From Thermoanaerobaculia bacterium (GTDB taxonomy: Bacteria; Acidobacteriota; Thermoanaerobaculia; Gp7-AA8), in the NCBI GenBank assembly GCA_036380735.1, contig DASVEE010000025.1, positions 3,041 through 67,040 of the forward strand: DNA of 64,000 nucleotides. Direction: 5' to 3'. Position numbers and translations under genes: made by a program. Every line of letters begins with the position of its first letter. The first letter of the stretch is position 1. The notes beneath the pieces were generated by a model. The model made no database searches. It was not told the DNA's origin and saw only the letters and a program-made list of their open reading frames with translations. Below are positions 63,613 to 64,000 of this stretch, piece after piece.

Positions 63613-64000
63613 CTTGTTCAAATCCCGCCCCGTAAACGTAGTCACCACACGATCGAAGTTTGTCCAGGTCATGAAAGGCGCAAGGCGCGTGTGCAGGTCG
63701 TTCGCAGCGGCAATCAAATCCGGGCGGAACTCTTTTTCCAGCGACGTGTACAGGCGCAGCCGCTCCCACGTTGCGGCGAGGCCGTCGCTGAAGCAGGGGA
63801 GGCCGCGGTCCGTCAGCTGCACGAAAGCTTCGAGCGCCTCCTGGTGGCGCCCCAGGCGCGCGAGGTGCTCGCCGCGGATGGCGGCGCCGTCGGGCAGCCA
63901 AGGAAAGCCAGTCATCAGGTTGCCGCTCCAGTCGTGCAGGCGATCGAGGTGTCCGTAGCGCAGCAGCGAATACGCGCCGATGGCCGCCGCGATCGGGCCG
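63595..64000 (-). CDS. hypothetical protein (C-terminal part; gene continues past window end)
   Basis: Minus-strand frame open from 63595 to the window end with no stop upstream of the listed Met; protein-like sequence (..LLRYGHLDRLHDWSGNLMTGFPWLPDG..). Family not recognised. Confidence 0.5.
   Translation of the reverse strand, partial: GPIAAAIGAYSLLRYGHLDRLHDWSGNLMTGFPWLPDGAAIRGEHLARLGRHQEALEAFVQLTDRGLPCFSDGLAATWERLRLYTSLEKEFRPDLIAAANDLHTRLAPFMTWTNFDRVVTTFTGRDLNKPDRGE

Overview
High-GC (roughly 68-70%) chromosomal segment with about 42 supportable protein-coding genes on both strands. I found no rRNA, tRNA or CRISPR by eye. Gene content points to a soil-type Gram-negative bacterium, probably Acidobacteriota-like (inference from the DUF1549/DUF1553+DUF1501 pair, a Reg_prop-GGDEF sensor, a fused MFS/spermidine synthase, many secreted peptidases and multihaem cytochromes). 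Main blocks: (1) a GGDEF sensor, polyamine and VOC genes, and the DUF1549/DUF1553-DUF1501 pair; (2) a minus-strand operon of an acyl-CoA-dehydrogenase-fold protein, a leaderless PhnD-like binding protein and a diiron-carboxylate protein; (3) a secreted subtilase-alpha/beta-hydrolase fusion; (4) an ABC-2 exporter and a DUF2975/XRE pair; (5) an ~9 kb minus-strand electron-transfer island with a membrane protein, a ~23-haem and a 10-haem c-type cytochrome, an outer-membrane beta-barrel, an Fe-S flavo-oxidoreductase, a cupredoxin and an 857-aa multicopper oxidase, which is a candidate porin-cytochrome / metal-oxidation module; (6) secreted M36, S1E and S8 peptidases and a serine hydrolase; (7) two paralogous ABC-2-permease-M1-aminopeptidase fusion genes; (8) an AraC regulator, a lipoprotein and a dihaem peroxidase; (9) hicAB; (10) an uncharacterised cluster at 48.8-59.8 kb holding a leaderless thermolysin-like zincin tightly coupled to an MBL-fold hydrolase, a secreted Cys-rich peptide plus a CarboxypepD_reg-repeat protein, and a divergent pair of large leaderless proteins (1148 aa and 602 aa; the latter carries a pre-toxin-TG-like segment and a possible PD-(D/E)xK C-terminus). 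The most striking non-coding signal is a dense family (at least 15 copies) of intergenic palindromic elements whose arms are tandem 9-bp iterations of ATAGGACNN bounded by ACGATAGGAC...GTCCTATCGT. Some copies carry internal tandem arrays or nested palindromes, and several donate the stop codon (often the otherwise rare TAG) of the adjacent gene. All coordinates for repeats are approximate to a few bp.
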